A DNA stretch of 64,000 nt, from positions 9,523 to 73,522 of the forward strand of contig CABUSH010000010.1 in the NCBI GenBank assembly GCA_902494195.1. Direction: 5' to 3'. Below the pieces are notes generated by a model. The model had not been told where the DNA came from, did not search any database, and was given only the letters and a program-made list of their open reading frames with translations. Below, one piece after another: positions 1 through 10,532 of this stretch. The position numbers and the translations under genes were made by a program. How positions within the stretch are numbered: position 1 is the stretch's first letter; every line of letters begins with the position of its first letter. This stretch comes from an uncultured Collinsella sp. (lineage in GTDB: Bacteria; Actinomycetota; Coriobacteriia; Coriobacteriales; Coriobacteriaceae).

Positions 1-1452
1 GACATCTGCGATCGTGCGCGCAATGCGAACCAGGCGCACGATGCCACGCCCTGTGAGATGCGTGCGTTTGGACAGACCGAGTACGCATTTCTCGGCAGCA
101 TCATCGAGCTCAAAGGTCGAAACGACGCCGTCAATGGACCGCGTCTCGTCATCCTCGGCCTCGGCATCCGCATCGTCCATACGAGACTCGCGCCAGGTGC
201 GAAAAGCGCGACCGCGCACAACGTAGTCACGTAACTCGGCCGACGACATACCCTCCGCGCCCTCGATAATCACCTGGGGATCGGGACGGGTCACATCGAT
301 CATCATGTCGATACGGTCGGCCAAAGGACCGCGCAGCTTTGCCCGATAGCGCTCGACCATCGATGCCGAGCAGCGGCACGGCACCTCGCGGTCGCCCAAA
401 AAGCCGCAGGGGCAGGGATTGCTCGCAGCGAGCAGCTGAAAGCGCGACGGGAAGGTAAAGGCCCCGTCGACGCGTACGATCCTCACATAGCCGCGTTCGA
501 TGGGCTGACGCAGCGTCTGCAGCACACCCGTGGGAAACTCGGCAAGCTCGTCCAAAAAGAGCACGCCGCCATGAGCAAGGCTAATCTCACCCGGGTGCAC
601 CGGGCGCCCGCCGCCGATAAGGCCTGCGGTCGAAATACTGTGATGGGGGCTTCGAAACGACCGATGACCTGCCAATAAGCCATCGATGTTCTCGCCCAAG
701 ACCGAATGGATGCACAGTGCCTCCTGCTGATCCTCAACGGAAAGCTCAGGCAGAATGCCAGTCATACGGCGCGCAAGCATCGTCTTGCCCGATCCCGGGG
801 ACCCGATCATAAGCAAACCGAGCTCACCCGCTGCCGCCAGTGCCATGCCGCGTTTGGCAACCTCCTGCCCCAGCACGTCGGCATAGTCGAGTTCGGGCTC
901 AAAAGTAGCCTCCACACCCTCGGAATCCAGATAATGCCGCGCGGCATCGCCCATGCCATGAGCAAGCTGAGACAGATGGTCGATAAAGCCGCAATCTACG
1001 CCCGCGAGTGGCACATGCTGGTCTGATCTGCCGGCGATAAAAGACAGCCCCAAATCACGCGCCAATAACTGAAACGCCACCTCGCCCTTGACGGGAAGCA
1101 CCGTACCGTCCAAGCCAAGCTCACCGGCGATAAGACAACGATCGAGGTTGTCGCGGGGAATCTGACCATCGGCCGCCAATACCGCGATGGCGATGGGAAG
1201 ATCAAAGCCGCTACCGGTCTTGCGAATATCGCCAGGTGCCAGATTGACCGTAATGCCCGAGCGTGGGATCTCGAACCCGGCGGAGCGCATCGCACAGCGA
1301 ATGCGACCACGCGACTCCATCACCTCCATACTCGGGATGCCGAGCATCTGAATGCCCGGAACGCCGCCGGCAAGCGAGACCTCGACCGTGACGTGAATCG
1401 CCTCGACGCCGCGGATGCAGGCCGCGTGAACGGCAAACGTCTCGAACACCAT
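1..1452 (-). CDS. comM: Mg-chelatase-like ATPase, ComM/YifB family (3' end runs off the window)
   Basis: Minus-strand frame is open from the ATG at 1452 to the window edge; absent from the ORF track because no stop lies in the window. My translation starts MVFETFAVHAACIRGVEAIHVTVEV. It has Walker A LLMIGSPGSGKTML (about 790-830) and GVLFLDELAEF. The start overlaps the yraN stop (ATGA). Confidence 0.85.
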   Translation of the reverse strand, partial: MVFETFAVHAACIRGVEAIHVTVEVSLAGGVPGIQMLGIPSMEVMESRGRIRCAMRSAGFEIPRSGITVNLAPGDIRKTGSGFDLPIAIAVLAADGQIPRDNLDRCLIAGELGLDGTVLPVKGEVAFQLLARDLGLSFIAGRSDQHVPLAGVDCGFIDHLSQLAHGMGDAARHYLDSEGVEATFEPELDYADVLGQEVAKRGMALAAAGELGLLMIGSPGSGKTMLARRMTGILPELSVEDQQEALCIHSVLGENIDGLLAGHRSFRSPHHSISTAGLIGGGRPVHPGEISLAHGGVLFLDELAEFPTGVLQTLRQPIERGYVRIVRVDGAFTFPSRFQLLAASNPCPCGFLGDREVPCRCSASMVERYRAKLRGPLADRIDMMIDVTRPDPQVIIEGAEGMSSAELRDYVVRGRAFRTWRESRMDDADAEAEDDETRSIDGVVSTFELDDAAEKCVLGLSKRTHLTGRGIVRLVRIARTIADV

Positions 1453-1937
1453 CACGACACCTGCCAATCGAACGCGTTGTACTGATGCTCGATCTCGGCG
1501 ATATGCCCGCCGCGAATGGTGACACCCACGGCATCGAAGCGAATCGCCTTGAGCGGATAATGATCCATGAGATAGCAACTTGCGATGCGGCGGTAGCGGC
1601 GTTGCTTTTGGGCGTCCACGGCTTCCTCGGGAAAGACCCGCGTGGTGCAATCCAGGGCGACGCGTCTGGTCTTGACCTCGGCCATCACCACGACATCGTC
1701 GAGCTCATCAAGCAGCACCAGATCGGCCTCGCCCTCGGTGCAACGATAACCCTGTTCCAGCAAGGTGTAGCCGCGCTCGTTAAAGTAGTCGATGGTGATC
1801 AGCTCGCCCAGCATGCCCAGCTCGCGGGGACTGAGTCCCTTGATAAACTCGGGCGTCATCGCCCCGCAGTCGAGCTCGCCGTTTTCCCAACGCTCCTTGA
1901 GCCGCTGCGTCTTGCTCTTTTTGCTTGCGGCACTCAT
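1452..1937 (-). CDS. yraN: YraN-family (UPF0102) endonuclease-like protein
   Basis: Part of ORF 1452..2069. The internal ATG at 1937 gives MSAASKKSKT...GYTLLEQGYRCTEGEADLVLLD..VVVMAEVKTR, a YraN-like core. The longer N-terminus looks like a non-coding read-in. Confidence 0.7.
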   Translation of the reverse strand: MSAASKKSKTQRLKERWENGELDCGAMTPEFIKGLSPRELGMLGELITIDYFNERGYTLLEQGYRCTEGEADLVLLDELDDVVVMAEVKTRRVALDCTTRVFPEEAVDAQKQRRYRRIASCYLMDHYPLKAIRFDAVGVTIRGGHIAEIEHQYNAFDWQVS

Positions 1938-2033
1938 GGGGTCTCCTTTCCCGCACACTGCATTGCCCCGATGATGAGGGCACCTTTCATGCGGGTAAGT
2001 ACCGGAAGCAAACCAAAAGCTGACCAAATGCCA

Positions 2034-2076
2034 ACAAAAAACGGGCCGTACGCAACAATCACGTTGCACACGGCCC
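2034..2076 (-). terminator. Intrinsic terminator downstream of rnhB
   Basis: Minus strand reads GGGCCGTGTGCAAC-GTGATT-GTTGCGTACGGCCC (2-nt internal mismatch) followed by GTTTTTTGTTGG. Confidence 0.5.
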
Positions 2077-2126
2077 GCTACCAGCAGGTTTATAAAACGC
2101 CAGGGGTCCCTGTCTCCACAATTGAC

Positions 2127-2915
2127 CTAGAAAAGGCGCTCAGTCTGCAGAAAGTTTCCGCAAAAGCTCACACGGTGCAACGGAGAAAGACCATGTTTGC
2201 GAATAGCCTCGATGTGTTCGGGGCTCGCATAGCCTTTCGATTCGGCCAAATGGTACTCGGGATACTCGGCATCGTACTCGACCATCATCTCGTCACGCGT
2301 GACCTTTGCCATGATGGATGCCGCGGCGATGCAGGCGATCTTGGCGTCGCCCTTGACCACGTCGCGCTCGTTAGGAACGGCGCCCAAGGGGTTGCCATCC
2401 ATGAGGACGCAGTCGGGTTCAAGTCCCGTATCGGCCACGGCGCCCGCAACGGCGGTACGAATGGCACGGGCCATGCCCATCTCATCGATATCCTTAGGCG
2501 CGATATGGCAAAAACCGATCGCCGTCGCCACCTCGGCAATCTTCACTGAGAGCAACTCGCGGCGCGCGGGCGTGAGCTTTTTGGAATCGTTGATACCCCA
2601 GACGCGCGGCTCCATAGGAAGACAGACGGCGCATACCGTCAAAGGACCGGCCACCGATCCGCGACCCACCTCGTCGACACCAACGACCACCCCATCGCCG
2701 CCAAGCTCATGCATAAGCACGTACATGTCATTGACGCGCTCGCGCTCGGCAAGCTCTTTGGCATGGCGTTTAAGGGCGCGTTCACAAGCCTTGATCACCT
2801 GCTGGCGCGGGTCCTCGCGATAATGCTCCACGAGGGCGGGGATCTCCTCAAACGTTGCGCTCGCCAACTCACCGGCAACCTGCGATGCCGAAACCGAGCT
2901 CGTCATGTTGGCCAT
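2127..2915 (-). CDS. rnhB: Ribonuclease HII
   Basis: ORF 2127..2933 contains VVGVDEVGRGSVAGPLTVCAV and INDSKKLTPARRE. I chose the ATG at 2915 because AAGGAGG lies 7 nt upstream and sits inside the longer ORF. Confidence 0.9.
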   Translation of the reverse strand: MANMTSSVSASQVAGELASATFEEIPALVEHYREDPRQQVIKACERALKRHAKELAERERVNDMYVLMHELGGDGVVVGVDEVGRGSVAGPLTVCAVCLPMEPRVWGINDSKKLTPARRELLSVKIAEVATAIGFCHIAPKDIDEMGMARAIRTAVAGAVADTGLEPDCVLMDGNPLGAVPNERDVVKGDAKIACIAAASIMAKVTRDEMMVEYDAEYPEYHLAESKGYASPEHIEAIRKHGLSPLHRVSFCGNFLQTERLF

Positions 2916-2943
2916 ACCAGGCCCTCCTTGCATGCAAATCAGA

Positions 2944-2974
2944 TAAAAAGAAGGGCCACCCGAAGGTGACCCTT
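2944..2974 (-). terminator. Intrinsic terminator downstream of rplS
   Basis: Minus strand reads AAGGGTCACC-TTCG-GGTGGCCCTT (one mismatch) followed by CTTTTTATCTG. Confidence 0.45.
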
Positions 2975-3008
2975 GTGTCCAAACGAGTGGACAGACGCTG
3001 CGATCTTC

Positions 3009-3350
3009 TTAGCGCTTCTCGGGGATGCGAGCAGCCTTGCCCACCTTGTCGCGGAGGTAGTACAGCTTGGCGCGACGGACGCGACCATGACGGACGACCT
3101 CGAGCTTGGCGATCTTGGGGCTGTGAAGCGGGAAGGTACGCTCAACACCGACACCGAAGGACATCTTGCGGACGGTGAAGGTCTCGCGGGCACCGGCGCC
3201 GGCCATGCGGATGACGTCGCCCTGGAAGACCTGGATGCGCTCGCGGTCGCCTTCCTTAATGCGGTAGTGAACCTTGACGTTGTCGGCGACGCGAACCTGA
3301 GGAATGTCCTCGCGGATCTGCTGACGCTCGATTGCGCGGATGTAATCCAT
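3009..3350 (-). CDS. rplS: 50S ribosomal protein L19
   Basis: [21 protein letters not shown]...[39 protein letters not shown]. The ATG at 3350 is preceded by AAGGAA; the track ORF starts at a TTG two codons upstream (3356). Confidence 0.95.
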   Translation of the reverse strand: MDYIRAIERQQIREDIPQVRVADNVKVHYRIKEGDRERIQVFQGDVIRMAGAGARETFTVRKMSFGVGVERTFPLHSPKIAKLEVVRHGRVRRAKLYYLRDKVGKAARIPEKR

Positions 3351-3493
3351 GTGCAATTCCTTACTCTTCTAGAGGTGCCGTACCACCTTGGCCGGCACGT
3401 AGTTGAACAAACGTATTCGAGTATACACGCGCGGGTTTCTGCTGCAAGAACAATTTTTTACGCAGACAAAAAGACAAAACCCGCACATGATAA

Positions 3494-3521
3494 CCGCCCG
3501 TCTCACGAATGAGACGGGCGG
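3494..3521 (-). terminator. Hairpin downstream of ppdK (possible terminator)
   Basis: CCGCCCGTCTC-N6-GAGACGGGCGG, a perfect 11-bp stem 39 nt after the ppdK stop. The T-rich run on the minus strand is not immediately adjacent. Confidence 0.4.
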
Positions 3522-3559
3522 CATGAAGGGGGCTACGCTAGGCGTCTATACCCAAAACG

Positions 3560-6310
3560 TTAGGCGGAACGCTTGGCCTCGAGCTTGGCCTGAGCGGCAG
3601 CCAGGCGTGCGAGGGGCACGCGGTAGGGCGAGCAGGACACGTAGTCCACGTCGGCCACGTTAAACAGGCCCTTGATGGACTTGGGGTCGCCACCGTGCTC
3701 ACCGCACACGCCAAAGTGCATGTCGGGGTTGGTGGCGCGGCCCTTCTCGACGGCCAAGCGCACCAGTTCGAGTACCGCCGTGTCGATGGTCTCGAAGGGA
3801 TTGTCCTTCAAGATCTTCTTATGCATGTACAGCGGGATGAACTTAGCCTCGGCGTCGTCACGCGAGAAACCGAAGGTCGTCTGGGTGAGGTCGTTGGTGC
3901 CAAAGCAGAAGAAGTCTGCGTGATGGGCGATCTCGTCGGCGACCATGCAGGCGCGCGGCAGCTCGAGCATCGTGCCCACGGGAATATTGAGCTCGACGCC
4001 CTCTTCGTCGGAAACCTCTGCGATCACGCGCTCGATAACCTCGCGGGTCTGGACATGCTCCGCCGTGATGGAAACGAGCGGAACCATGATCTCGGGGCGC
4101 GGGTCGACGCCTTCCTTGATAAGGCGGGCAGCAGCCGTGGCGACGGCGCGAACCTGCATGAGCGGCAGATCGCTAAAGACGACGGACAGGCGAACGCCGC
4201 GCAGGCCGAGCATGGGGTTCGACTCGGCCATGCCGTCGATACGACGCAGGCGGGCGCGCAGGGCTGCAAGCTCTTCCTCGCTGGCGCCGGCGGCTTCCTT
4301 CTTGGTGATGGCGACCTCGAGCTCGCGAGGATTATCCAGGAACTCATGAAGCGGCGGATCGAGCAGGCGGACGACCACATCGCGACCGGACATGGTCTTG
4401 AACATCGCCAGGAAGTCCTCGGTCTGAACCTTGAGCAGGTCGGCCAGGGCCTGCTGCTTCACGGCCTCATCGTCAGACAGGATAAAGCTCTGGATGATGT
4501 TCTTGCGATCGCCCAGGAACATGTGCTCGGTGCGGCACAGGCCAATAGCCTCGGCGCCAAACTCGAGGGCGAGCTCGGCATCCTCGGGATTGTCGGCGTT
4601 GACGCGCACATGGTTGGCATGGCCACAGGTCTCGTCCAGGCGAATCTCGTCGGCCCAGGACAGGATGGTGTCCAGGTCGCCGGTAAGCTCGGCGGAAACC
4701 AGGTCGACGGGACCGTCGACGACGATGCCCTGGGTGCCGTCGATGGAGATGACATCGCCCTCGTGCAATACGCGGTCGCTGCCCTCGATGCGCACGACCT
4801 TCTCAGCGGCGTCGATGTGGAAGCGCTCAACGCCGCAGACGCAGGGCGTACCCATGCCGCGGGCGATAACGGCGGCATGGCTCGTCTTGCCACCGTGGCT
4901 GGTCAGGATGCCCTCGGCGGCGACCATGCCCTTCAGGTCGTCGGGGTTGGTCTCCCAACGAACCAGAATGACCTTGTGACCCTCGGCGGAACGCGCGACA
5001 GCGTCGTCGCTCGAGAACACGACCTCGCCCACGGCGGCACCGGGGCTGGCGTTCAGACCGCTGGCGAGAGCCTCGTACTTCTTGGAGGCGTCAAACTGCG
5101 GGTGAAGGAGCTGGTCGAGTTGCGCGGGATCGATACGGCTCACGGCCTCTTCGCGGGTGATCAGGCCTTCCTCGACCATTTCGATGGCGATGCGCAGGGC
5201 GGCGGTGGCGGTACGCTTGCCCACGCGGGTCTGGAGCATCCAGAGCTTGCCCTGCTCGATGGTGAACTCGATATCGCACATATCGCGGTAATGATCCTCG
5301 AGCGTCAGGAACACGCGCTCGAGCTCCTCACCTGCGGACTCGAGGCCCGGGGTGGTCTTGAGGTCGGCGATGGGCTCGGTATTGCGGATGCCGGCGACGA
5401 CATCCTCGCCCTGGGCGTTGACCAGAAAGTCGCCGTAGAACTCCTTAGTGCCGTCGGCCGGGTTGCGCGTAAAGGCGACGCCGGTCGCGGAGGTCTCACC
5501 CTTGTTGCCAAAAGCCATAGCCTGGACGTTGACGGCAGTACCGAGCTCGTCGGAGATGCCGTGCTGTTTGCGGTAGATGCAGGCGCGCTCGTTCATCCAG
5601 CTGCCAAAGACGGCCTGGATGGCAAGGCGCAACTGGAGCTCCGGATCATGCGGGAAGACGGGCTTGCCGCCGGTGACCTCGAGCTCGGGATACAGGGCGG
5701 CCTCGACGTTATCAGAGAAGATGCCCTTGAAGGTCTCGACAAGCTCCTGAAGGTCCTCGGCCGAAAGCTCGGAATCGACGCGAACACCGGCGACCAGGCG
5801 GGCCTGGGTCAGGGCGTTCTCGAACAGGTCGGCATCAACACCCATAACGACGTTGGAGAACATCTGGATAAAGCGGCGGTAGCTATCCCAGGCAAAACGC
5901 GGATTTTGCGTCTGGGCGATGAGCCCCTGAACGGAGTCGTCGTTGAGGCCCAAGTTGAGGACCGTGTCCATCATACCGGGCATGGAAAATGGAGCGCCCG
6001 AGCGAACCGACACGAGCAGCGGATCATTGTCGTCACCGAGCTTCTTGCCACAGCGGGCCTCGAGGTCCGCCTCGGCGGCAACGATCTCATCGAGTGCGCC
6101 TTCGGGCCAGACGTTGCCGGCACCGGAGTACTCGACGCAAGTCTGGCAGGTAATGGTAAAGCCACCGGGAACCGGCAGGCCGATGCGGCTCATCTCGGCA
6201 AGGTTTGCGCCCTTGCCGCCAAGCACGAAGTTCATGGACTTGTCGCCCTCAGTGACACAGGTGCCCTGGGCGTCGGTTCCAAAACGGTAAACCCTCTTGC
6301 AATCGCTCAC
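3560..6310 (-). CDS. ppdK: Pyruvate, phosphate dikinase
   Basis: 916-aa ORF with an ATP-grasp N-terminus (FVLGGKGANLAEM), the phospho-His segment GILTSHGGKTSHAAVIARGMG and a PEP-utilising C-terminus (GLCRTEHMF, FSFGTNDLTQ-like FCFGTNDLTQ). Confidence 0.95.
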   Translation of the reverse strand: MSDCKRVYRFGTDAQGTCVTEGDKSMNFVLGGKGANLAEMSRIGLPVPGGFTITCQTCVEYSGAGNVWPEGALDEIVAAEADLEARCGKKLGDDNDPLLVSVRSGAPFSMPGMMDTVLNLGLNDDSVQGLIAQTQNPRFAWDSYRRFIQMFSNVVMGVDADLFENALTQARLVAGVRVDSELSAEDLQELVETFKGIFSDNVEAALYPELEVTGGKPVFPHDPELQLRLAIQAVFGSWMNERACIYRKQHGISDELGTAVNVQAMAFGNKGETSATGVAFTRNPADGTKEFYGDFLVNAQGEDVVAGIRNTEPIADLKTTPGLESAGEELERVFLTLEDHYRDMCDIEFTIEQGKLWMLQTRVGKRTATAALRIAIEMVEEGLITREEAVSRIDPAQLDQLLHPQFDASKKYEALASGLNASPGAAVGEVVFSSDDAVARSAEGHKVILVRWETNPDDLKGMVAAEGILTSHGGKTSHAAVIARGMGTPCVCGVERFHIDAAEKVVRIEGSDRVLHEGDVISIDGTQGIVVDGPVDLVSAELTGDLDTILSWADEIRLDETCGHANHVRVNADNPEDAELALEFGAEAIGLCRTEHMFLGDRKNIIQSFILSDDEAVKQQALADLLKVQTEDFLAMFKTMSGRDVVVRLLDPPLHEFLDNPRELEVAITKKEAAGASEEELAALRARLRRIDGMAESNPMLGLRGVRLSVVFSDLPLMQVRAVATAAARLIKEGVDPRPEIMVPLVSITAEHVQTREVIERVIAEVSDEEGVELNIPVGTMLELPRACMVADEIAHHADFFCFGTNDLTQTTFGFSRDDAEAKFIPLYMHKKILKDNPFETIDTAVLELVRLAVEKGRATNPDMHFGVCGEHGGDPKSIKGLFNVADVDYVSCSPYRVPLARLAAAQAKLEAKRSA

Positions 6311-6560
6311 GATACTTCCCCTTCCATGCGCTTACGCGCACGACCGTGGTAACGAATCGACCCGCCGGATGCGGGCCGTGAGGGAACTATACGGCCGGAT
6401 TTGAACGGGCTTGAGCAGAGGATACGCGGTTTGGTAAACGTGCTAAAACTGGCGGTAAACGGTAGGTAAAGTTGGTTACCTTATGAAGATACCAACACAA
6501 TAAAAAAGCAGGTCAGATGCGATGTTTTTGCTAAATCGCTTTATCAAAATGCTACTAATA

Positions 6561-7427
6561 TTAGGCGCGGCGGGTGGCTCGGCGGGCGCGAGCTTCTTGG
6601 ATTTCCTCCAAGTGGCTAATGATCTCGGCAGCGCTTTCCTCGATGGCCTTGCCGTCGGTACGCACCACAAAGCAGCCTAGGCGCTTCATGAGGGCACGAG
6701 CTTCCTCGAGCTCGCTGCGCACGCTCTCGGGCTCGGCATAGGAGCCGGCAACGGCACGGGCGTAGTCATCGCCCAAGCGGCTATCGCGAATTTCGGAAAT
6801 CACATCGACGGTCGAAATCAGGCCGAACAGGCGCATCGGGTCGACCTCGTAAATCGACTTCGGCGGCTCCATGCCATGGGCCAACGGAACATTGGCAACC
6901 TTGTAACCTTGATAGGCCAAATACATCGACAGCGGCGTCTTGGACGTGCGCGATACGCCCAGTAGCACGATATCGGCACCCGACAGATCGTCGCAACCGC
7001 GCCCGTCATCGTGCTCAACGAAATACTCCATGGCCTCGATACGATGGAAATAGCGGTCATCGGTCTTGTGAATCACGCCCGCAACGCCCTTGGGCGGCAC
7101 GCCGACGAGCGACGACAGCACGGCGAGCGTCGGACCGATCAGGTCGACCGAGCGAATGTGCAGCATGCCCAAGTAGTCGAGCACACGAGCACGAAGGGCC
7201 GGATCGACAATGGTGTGGAACACGGCGATATCGCGATGGTCGGCATCGACGCGCGGCCCCACAAATGACTTGACCTGCTCCACGGAGGCCACCTTGGGCA
7301 GGCGCAAAACGCGAAAAGCCCCTTCATCAAATTGCCCGGACGCCGCAAGCACCACCTCACAAGCGGTATCGCCGAGCGAGTCGGAGATAACGATAACGGT
7401 GGGACGAACGGCGACCGGGCAATCCAT
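6561..7427 (-). CDS. Putative pyruvate,phosphate dikinase regulatory protein (DUF299 kinase/phosphorylase)
   Basis: 288-aa ORF with P-loop-like LLGVSRTSKTPLSMYLA, adjacent to ppdK. Confidence 0.8.
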   Translation of the reverse strand: MDCPVAVRPTVIVISDSLGDTACEVVLAASGQFDEGAFRVLRLPKVASVEQVKSFVGPRVDADHRDIAVFHTIVDPALRARVLDYLGMLHIRSVDLIGPTLAVLSSLVGVPPKGVAGVIHKTDDRYFHRIEAMEYFVEHDDGRGCDDLSGADIVLLGVSRTSKTPLSMYLAYQGYKVANVPLAHGMEPPKSIYEVDPMRLFGLISTVDVISEIRDSRLGDDYARAVAGSYAEPESVRSELEEARALMKRLGCFVVRTDGKAIEESAAEIISHLEEIQEARARRATRRA

Positions 7428-7461
7428 GCGGGGCTCCTTTTGCGCTTACGCGCAGGCTGGC

Positions 7462-9558
7462 TTACTTTTTGCGGGCAAGCTCACCGATGTTGGCGACGCC
7501 GGAGAAAACGGCCTCGAAGCGGTTGAGCAGCTTAAGGCGATTATCGCGGAGTTGCTCGTCCTTGTCCATGACCATAACCTCGTCGAAGAAGCGGTCGATG
7601 GGGGCACGCAGAGCTGCAAGGGCGGCAAATGCGGCCGGGTAATCCTCGGCAGCAAGGGCGGCATCAACAGCGGTCTGAGCGGCCTCGGAGGCGTCGGCGA
7701 GCGCGAGCTCGGCCTCGCCCATCAGGCTGCGGTCGTACTCCGCACCCAGCTCGGGCTTGGAGATGTGCGCGGCGCGGGCATAGGCGGTAGCCAGGTTGTC
7801 GAAGGTCTCGGCATCGTTCTTGCGGGCCTCGTCGAGCGCGGCGCAGCGGGCGAAGAAGACGGACGGGGCGATGATGTGCACCGCGGAGACGGCGGCAACG
7901 GTATCGGCCGGGATCTTTTCGTCGCGGGCCATGCTCACAAGGCGGCCATGGAAGAAGTCGCGAACCTGTTGGGCGACCTCGGCGGCGTCGAACTCAATGC
8001 CCTGCTCGCTGTAGAGCTCGAGGGCGAAGTCGATGAGCGACGTGGGGTCAATCGGCAGGCGGTCGCGCAGGATGTTGATGATGCCGATAGCGGCACGACG
8101 CAGCGCATAGGGGTCCGAAGAGCCGGTCGGGGGCTCGCCGATGGAAAAGATACCGGCGATGGTATCGAGCTTGTCGGCGCAGGCCACGATGCAGCCAGCG
8201 GTGCCCTCGGGCAGCTCGTCACCGGCAAAGCGGGGACGATAATGATCGCGAATAGCATGGGCGACCTCGTCGTTCTCCCCCATCGCGGTCGCGTAATAAC
8301 CGCCCATCACGCCCTGCTGGCTCGTGAACTCGACGACGGCGTTGGACACCAGGTCTGCCTTGCACAGGTGCGCGGCGCGAGCAGCGTCGGCGGCAAGATG
8401 GGCGCCCAGATGAGCCTCGCGGGCGATAGCGAGCGCGAGCTGCTCGATGCGCTCGGACTTGGCGAGCACGCTACCGAGCTTCTCCTGGAAGGCAACCTTG
8501 GCCAGACGCTCACGGAATTCGTCGAGGGAGATCTTCAGGTCCTCCTCGTAGAAGAACTTAGCGTCGTCCAGACGGGCGCGCACGACGCGCTCGTTGCCGT
8601 CGATCACGCGCTCGGCGTTCTCGGGCTTGCTGTTGGAGACGACCACGAACTCACGCGTGAGCTTACCCTCGCCGTCATAGATCGGGAAGTAGCGCTGATT
8701 GGTGAGCATGGACTCGCAGATGATCTCGTGCGGGACCTTGAGGAACTCCTCGTCGAAGGTACCGACGAGCACCGTCGGCCACTCGCAGAGGTTGATGACC
8801 TCTTCGAAGACCTTCTTGGGCGTATCAACATGGCAGCCGGGACGGGCAGCCTCGACCTCGGCGATACCGGCAAGGATGGCCTCACGACGACGCTCAGCAG
8901 AGAGCACGCCGGCGTCCTCGAGCACCTGCTCGTAGACGGCGGGGCTGGCAACCACATGGTCACCAGGGCCAAGTACGCGATGACCACGCGTGGTGTTGCC
9001 ACTCGTCACGTCGGCAAACGACACGGGAACAACATCCTCGCCCAAAAGGCAGCAGATCCAACGGACCGGACGAACAAAGGTCGCGTGCTCGTGGCCCCAG
9101 CGCTGGCTGCGGTAGTTGGGCCACTGCAGGCCGGCAATAGTCTTCTCGCACAGAGCGGTCAGAATCGGCGTAGCCGGTGCGGAGGGAATGTTCTTCTCGG
9201 CGAACACATACTCGCGACCGTCAGTGTCCTCGCGTCGAACCAGGTCCTCGGCAGCCACACCGCACTTGCGGGCGAAGCCCTGGGCGGCCTTGGTGGCGTA
9301 GCCGTCGGCATCGAAGGCAATGTTTGCCGCGGGACCGCGCTTGACCTCATGGACCTCATCGGTCGCAGTGGCGACATCGGCCACGAGCGCAGCCAGACGA
9401 CGAGGGCTCGAGATCACGCGGACCTCGCCATGGGCCAGACCGGCCTCGTCGAGGCCCTTGGCGATCATGGTGCCAAGCTGCTTGACGGCATTGTTCAACG
9501 GTGCGGAGGGCATTTCCTCCGTACCAATCTCAAACAGGAAATCCTTAGCGTCTGCCAT
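7462..9558 (-). CDS. glyS: Glycine--tRNA ligase beta subunit
   Basis: 698-aa ORF, MADAKDFLFEIGTEEMPSAPL..., typical GlyS N-terminus. It lies directly downstream of glyQ with a 3-nt gap. Confidence 0.9.
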   Translation of the reverse strand: MADAKDFLFEIGTEEMPSAPLNNAVKQLGTMIAKGLDEAGLAHGEVRVISSPRRLAALVADVATATDEVHEVKRGPAANIAFDADGYATKAAQGFARKCGVAAEDLVRREDTDGREYVFAEKNIPSAPATPILTALCEKTIAGLQWPNYRSQRWGHEHATFVRPVRWICCLLGEDVVPVSFADVTSGNTTRGHRVLGPGDHVVASPAVYEQVLEDAGVLSAERRREAILAGIAEVEAARPGCHVDTPKKVFEEVINLCEWPTVLVGTFDEEFLKVPHEIICESMLTNQRYFPIYDGEGKLTREFVVVSNSKPENAERVIDGNERVVRARLDDAKFFYEEDLKISLDEFRERLAKVAFQEKLGSVLAKSERIEQLALAIAREAHLGAHLAADAARAAHLCKADLVSNAVVEFTSQQGVMGGYYATAMGENDEVAHAIRDHYRPRFAGDELPEGTAGCIVACADKLDTIAGIFSIGEPPTGSSDPYALRRAAIGIINILRDRLPIDPTSLIDFALELYSEQGIEFDAAEVAQQVRDFFHGRLVSMARDEKIPADTVAAVSAVHIIAPSVFFARCAALDEARKNDAETFDNLATAYARAAHISKPELGAEYDRSLMGEAELALADASEAAQTAVDAALAAEDYPAAFAALAALRAPIDRFFDEVMVMDKDEQLRDNRLKLLNRFEAVFSGVANIGELARKK

Positions 9559-9561
9559 GGC

Positions 9562-10473
9562 TTACGCCACCTCGCCTTCCTGGTCGGCATTCTCGTTGAC
9601 TCCGGCGACCTCGGCCATGTAGGCCTCGCAGCACGCCTTGGCGACGGCGCGGACGCGCAGGATGTAGTTGGCACGCTCGACCGCGGATAGGGCACCGCGG
9701 GCATCGAGCAGGTTGAAGGCGTGGCTGCACTTCATGACACAGTCGTACGCCGGCAGCGGCAGCTTTCGCTCCAGGCAGGAATGGCACTCGGCCTCGTAGT
9801 CGTCAAACTTCTGACGCATCATCTCGACGTTGGCGACCTCAAAGTTATAGGCACTGAACTCGCGCTCGTTCTCGAGGAACACGTCGCCATAGGTCATGGG
9901 CGTGCCGTCGGGCAGGTAGCTCCACACCAGGTCGTAGACGGAGTTGACGCCCTGCGCATACATGGCGATACGCTCCAGGCCATAGGTGATCTCGACAGGC
10001 ACGGGGTCGACCTCGATGCCGCCCACCTGCTGGAAGTACGTAAACTGCGTGACCTCCATGCCGTTGAGCCAGACCTCCCAGCCAAGACCCCAGGCGCCGA
10101 GCGTCGGGCTCTCCCAGTCGTCCTCGACAAAGCGGACGTCATGGTCGTTGGGGTCCAGGCCAATGGCGGCCAGCGAACCCAGGTAGAGCTCCTGGGCGTT
10201 GACCGGCGAGGGCTTGATGAGCACCTGGAACTGATAGTAGTGCTGCATGCGGTTAGGGTTCTCGCCGTAGCGGCCGTCGGCGGGACGGCGGCAGGGCTGC
10301 GCATAGCAGGTGCGCCACTCGGCGGGACCGAGCGAGCGCAGCGTGGTCGCGGTATGGAAGGTACCGGCACCGACCTCGGAGTCATAGGGCTGCATAATGA
10401 CGCAGCCCTGCTCGCCCCAGTACTGCTGGAGGCGCAGGATGATGTCTTGGAAGGAAAGCGATGAAGCGTTCAT
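9562..10473 (-). CDS. glyQ: Glycine--tRNA ligase alpha subunit
   Basis: 303-aa ORF with [37 protein letters not shown] and YYQFQV, a highly conserved GlyQ signature. Confidence 0.95.
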   Translation of the reverse strand: MNASSLSFQDIILRLQQYWGEQGCVIMQPYDSEVGAGTFHTATTLRSLGPAEWRTCYAQPCRRPADGRYGENPNRMQHYYQFQVLIKPSPVNAQELYLGSLAAIGLDPNDHDVRFVEDDWESPTLGAWGLGWEVWLNGMEVTQFTYFQQVGGIEVDPVPVEITYGLERIAMYAQGVNSVYDLVWSYLPDGTPMTYGDVFLENEREFSAYNFEVANVEMMRQKFDDYEAECHSCLERKLPLPAYDCVMKCSHAFNLLDARGALSAVERANYILRVRAVAKACCEAYMAEVAGVNENADQEGEVA

Positions 10474-10532
10474 GCCTCTAATATCCCCTCGTCGAAACGA
10501 TTACACGGTTAGGTACTGTACTATAGCGGTTT

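Noticed and set aside
3695-6352. 885-aa plus-strand ORF
   Set aside because: It lies exactly antisense to ppdK, whose product has unmistakable PPDK motifs. The translation is low-complexity (G/A/L/V/D/H-rich) with no motif. It is a typical shadow ORF of GC-rich coding DNA.
7210-9690. 826-aa plus-strand ORF
   Set aside because: It is antisense to glyS and part of glyQ and the PDRP gene. It has the same low-complexity composition and spans three real genes on the other strand.
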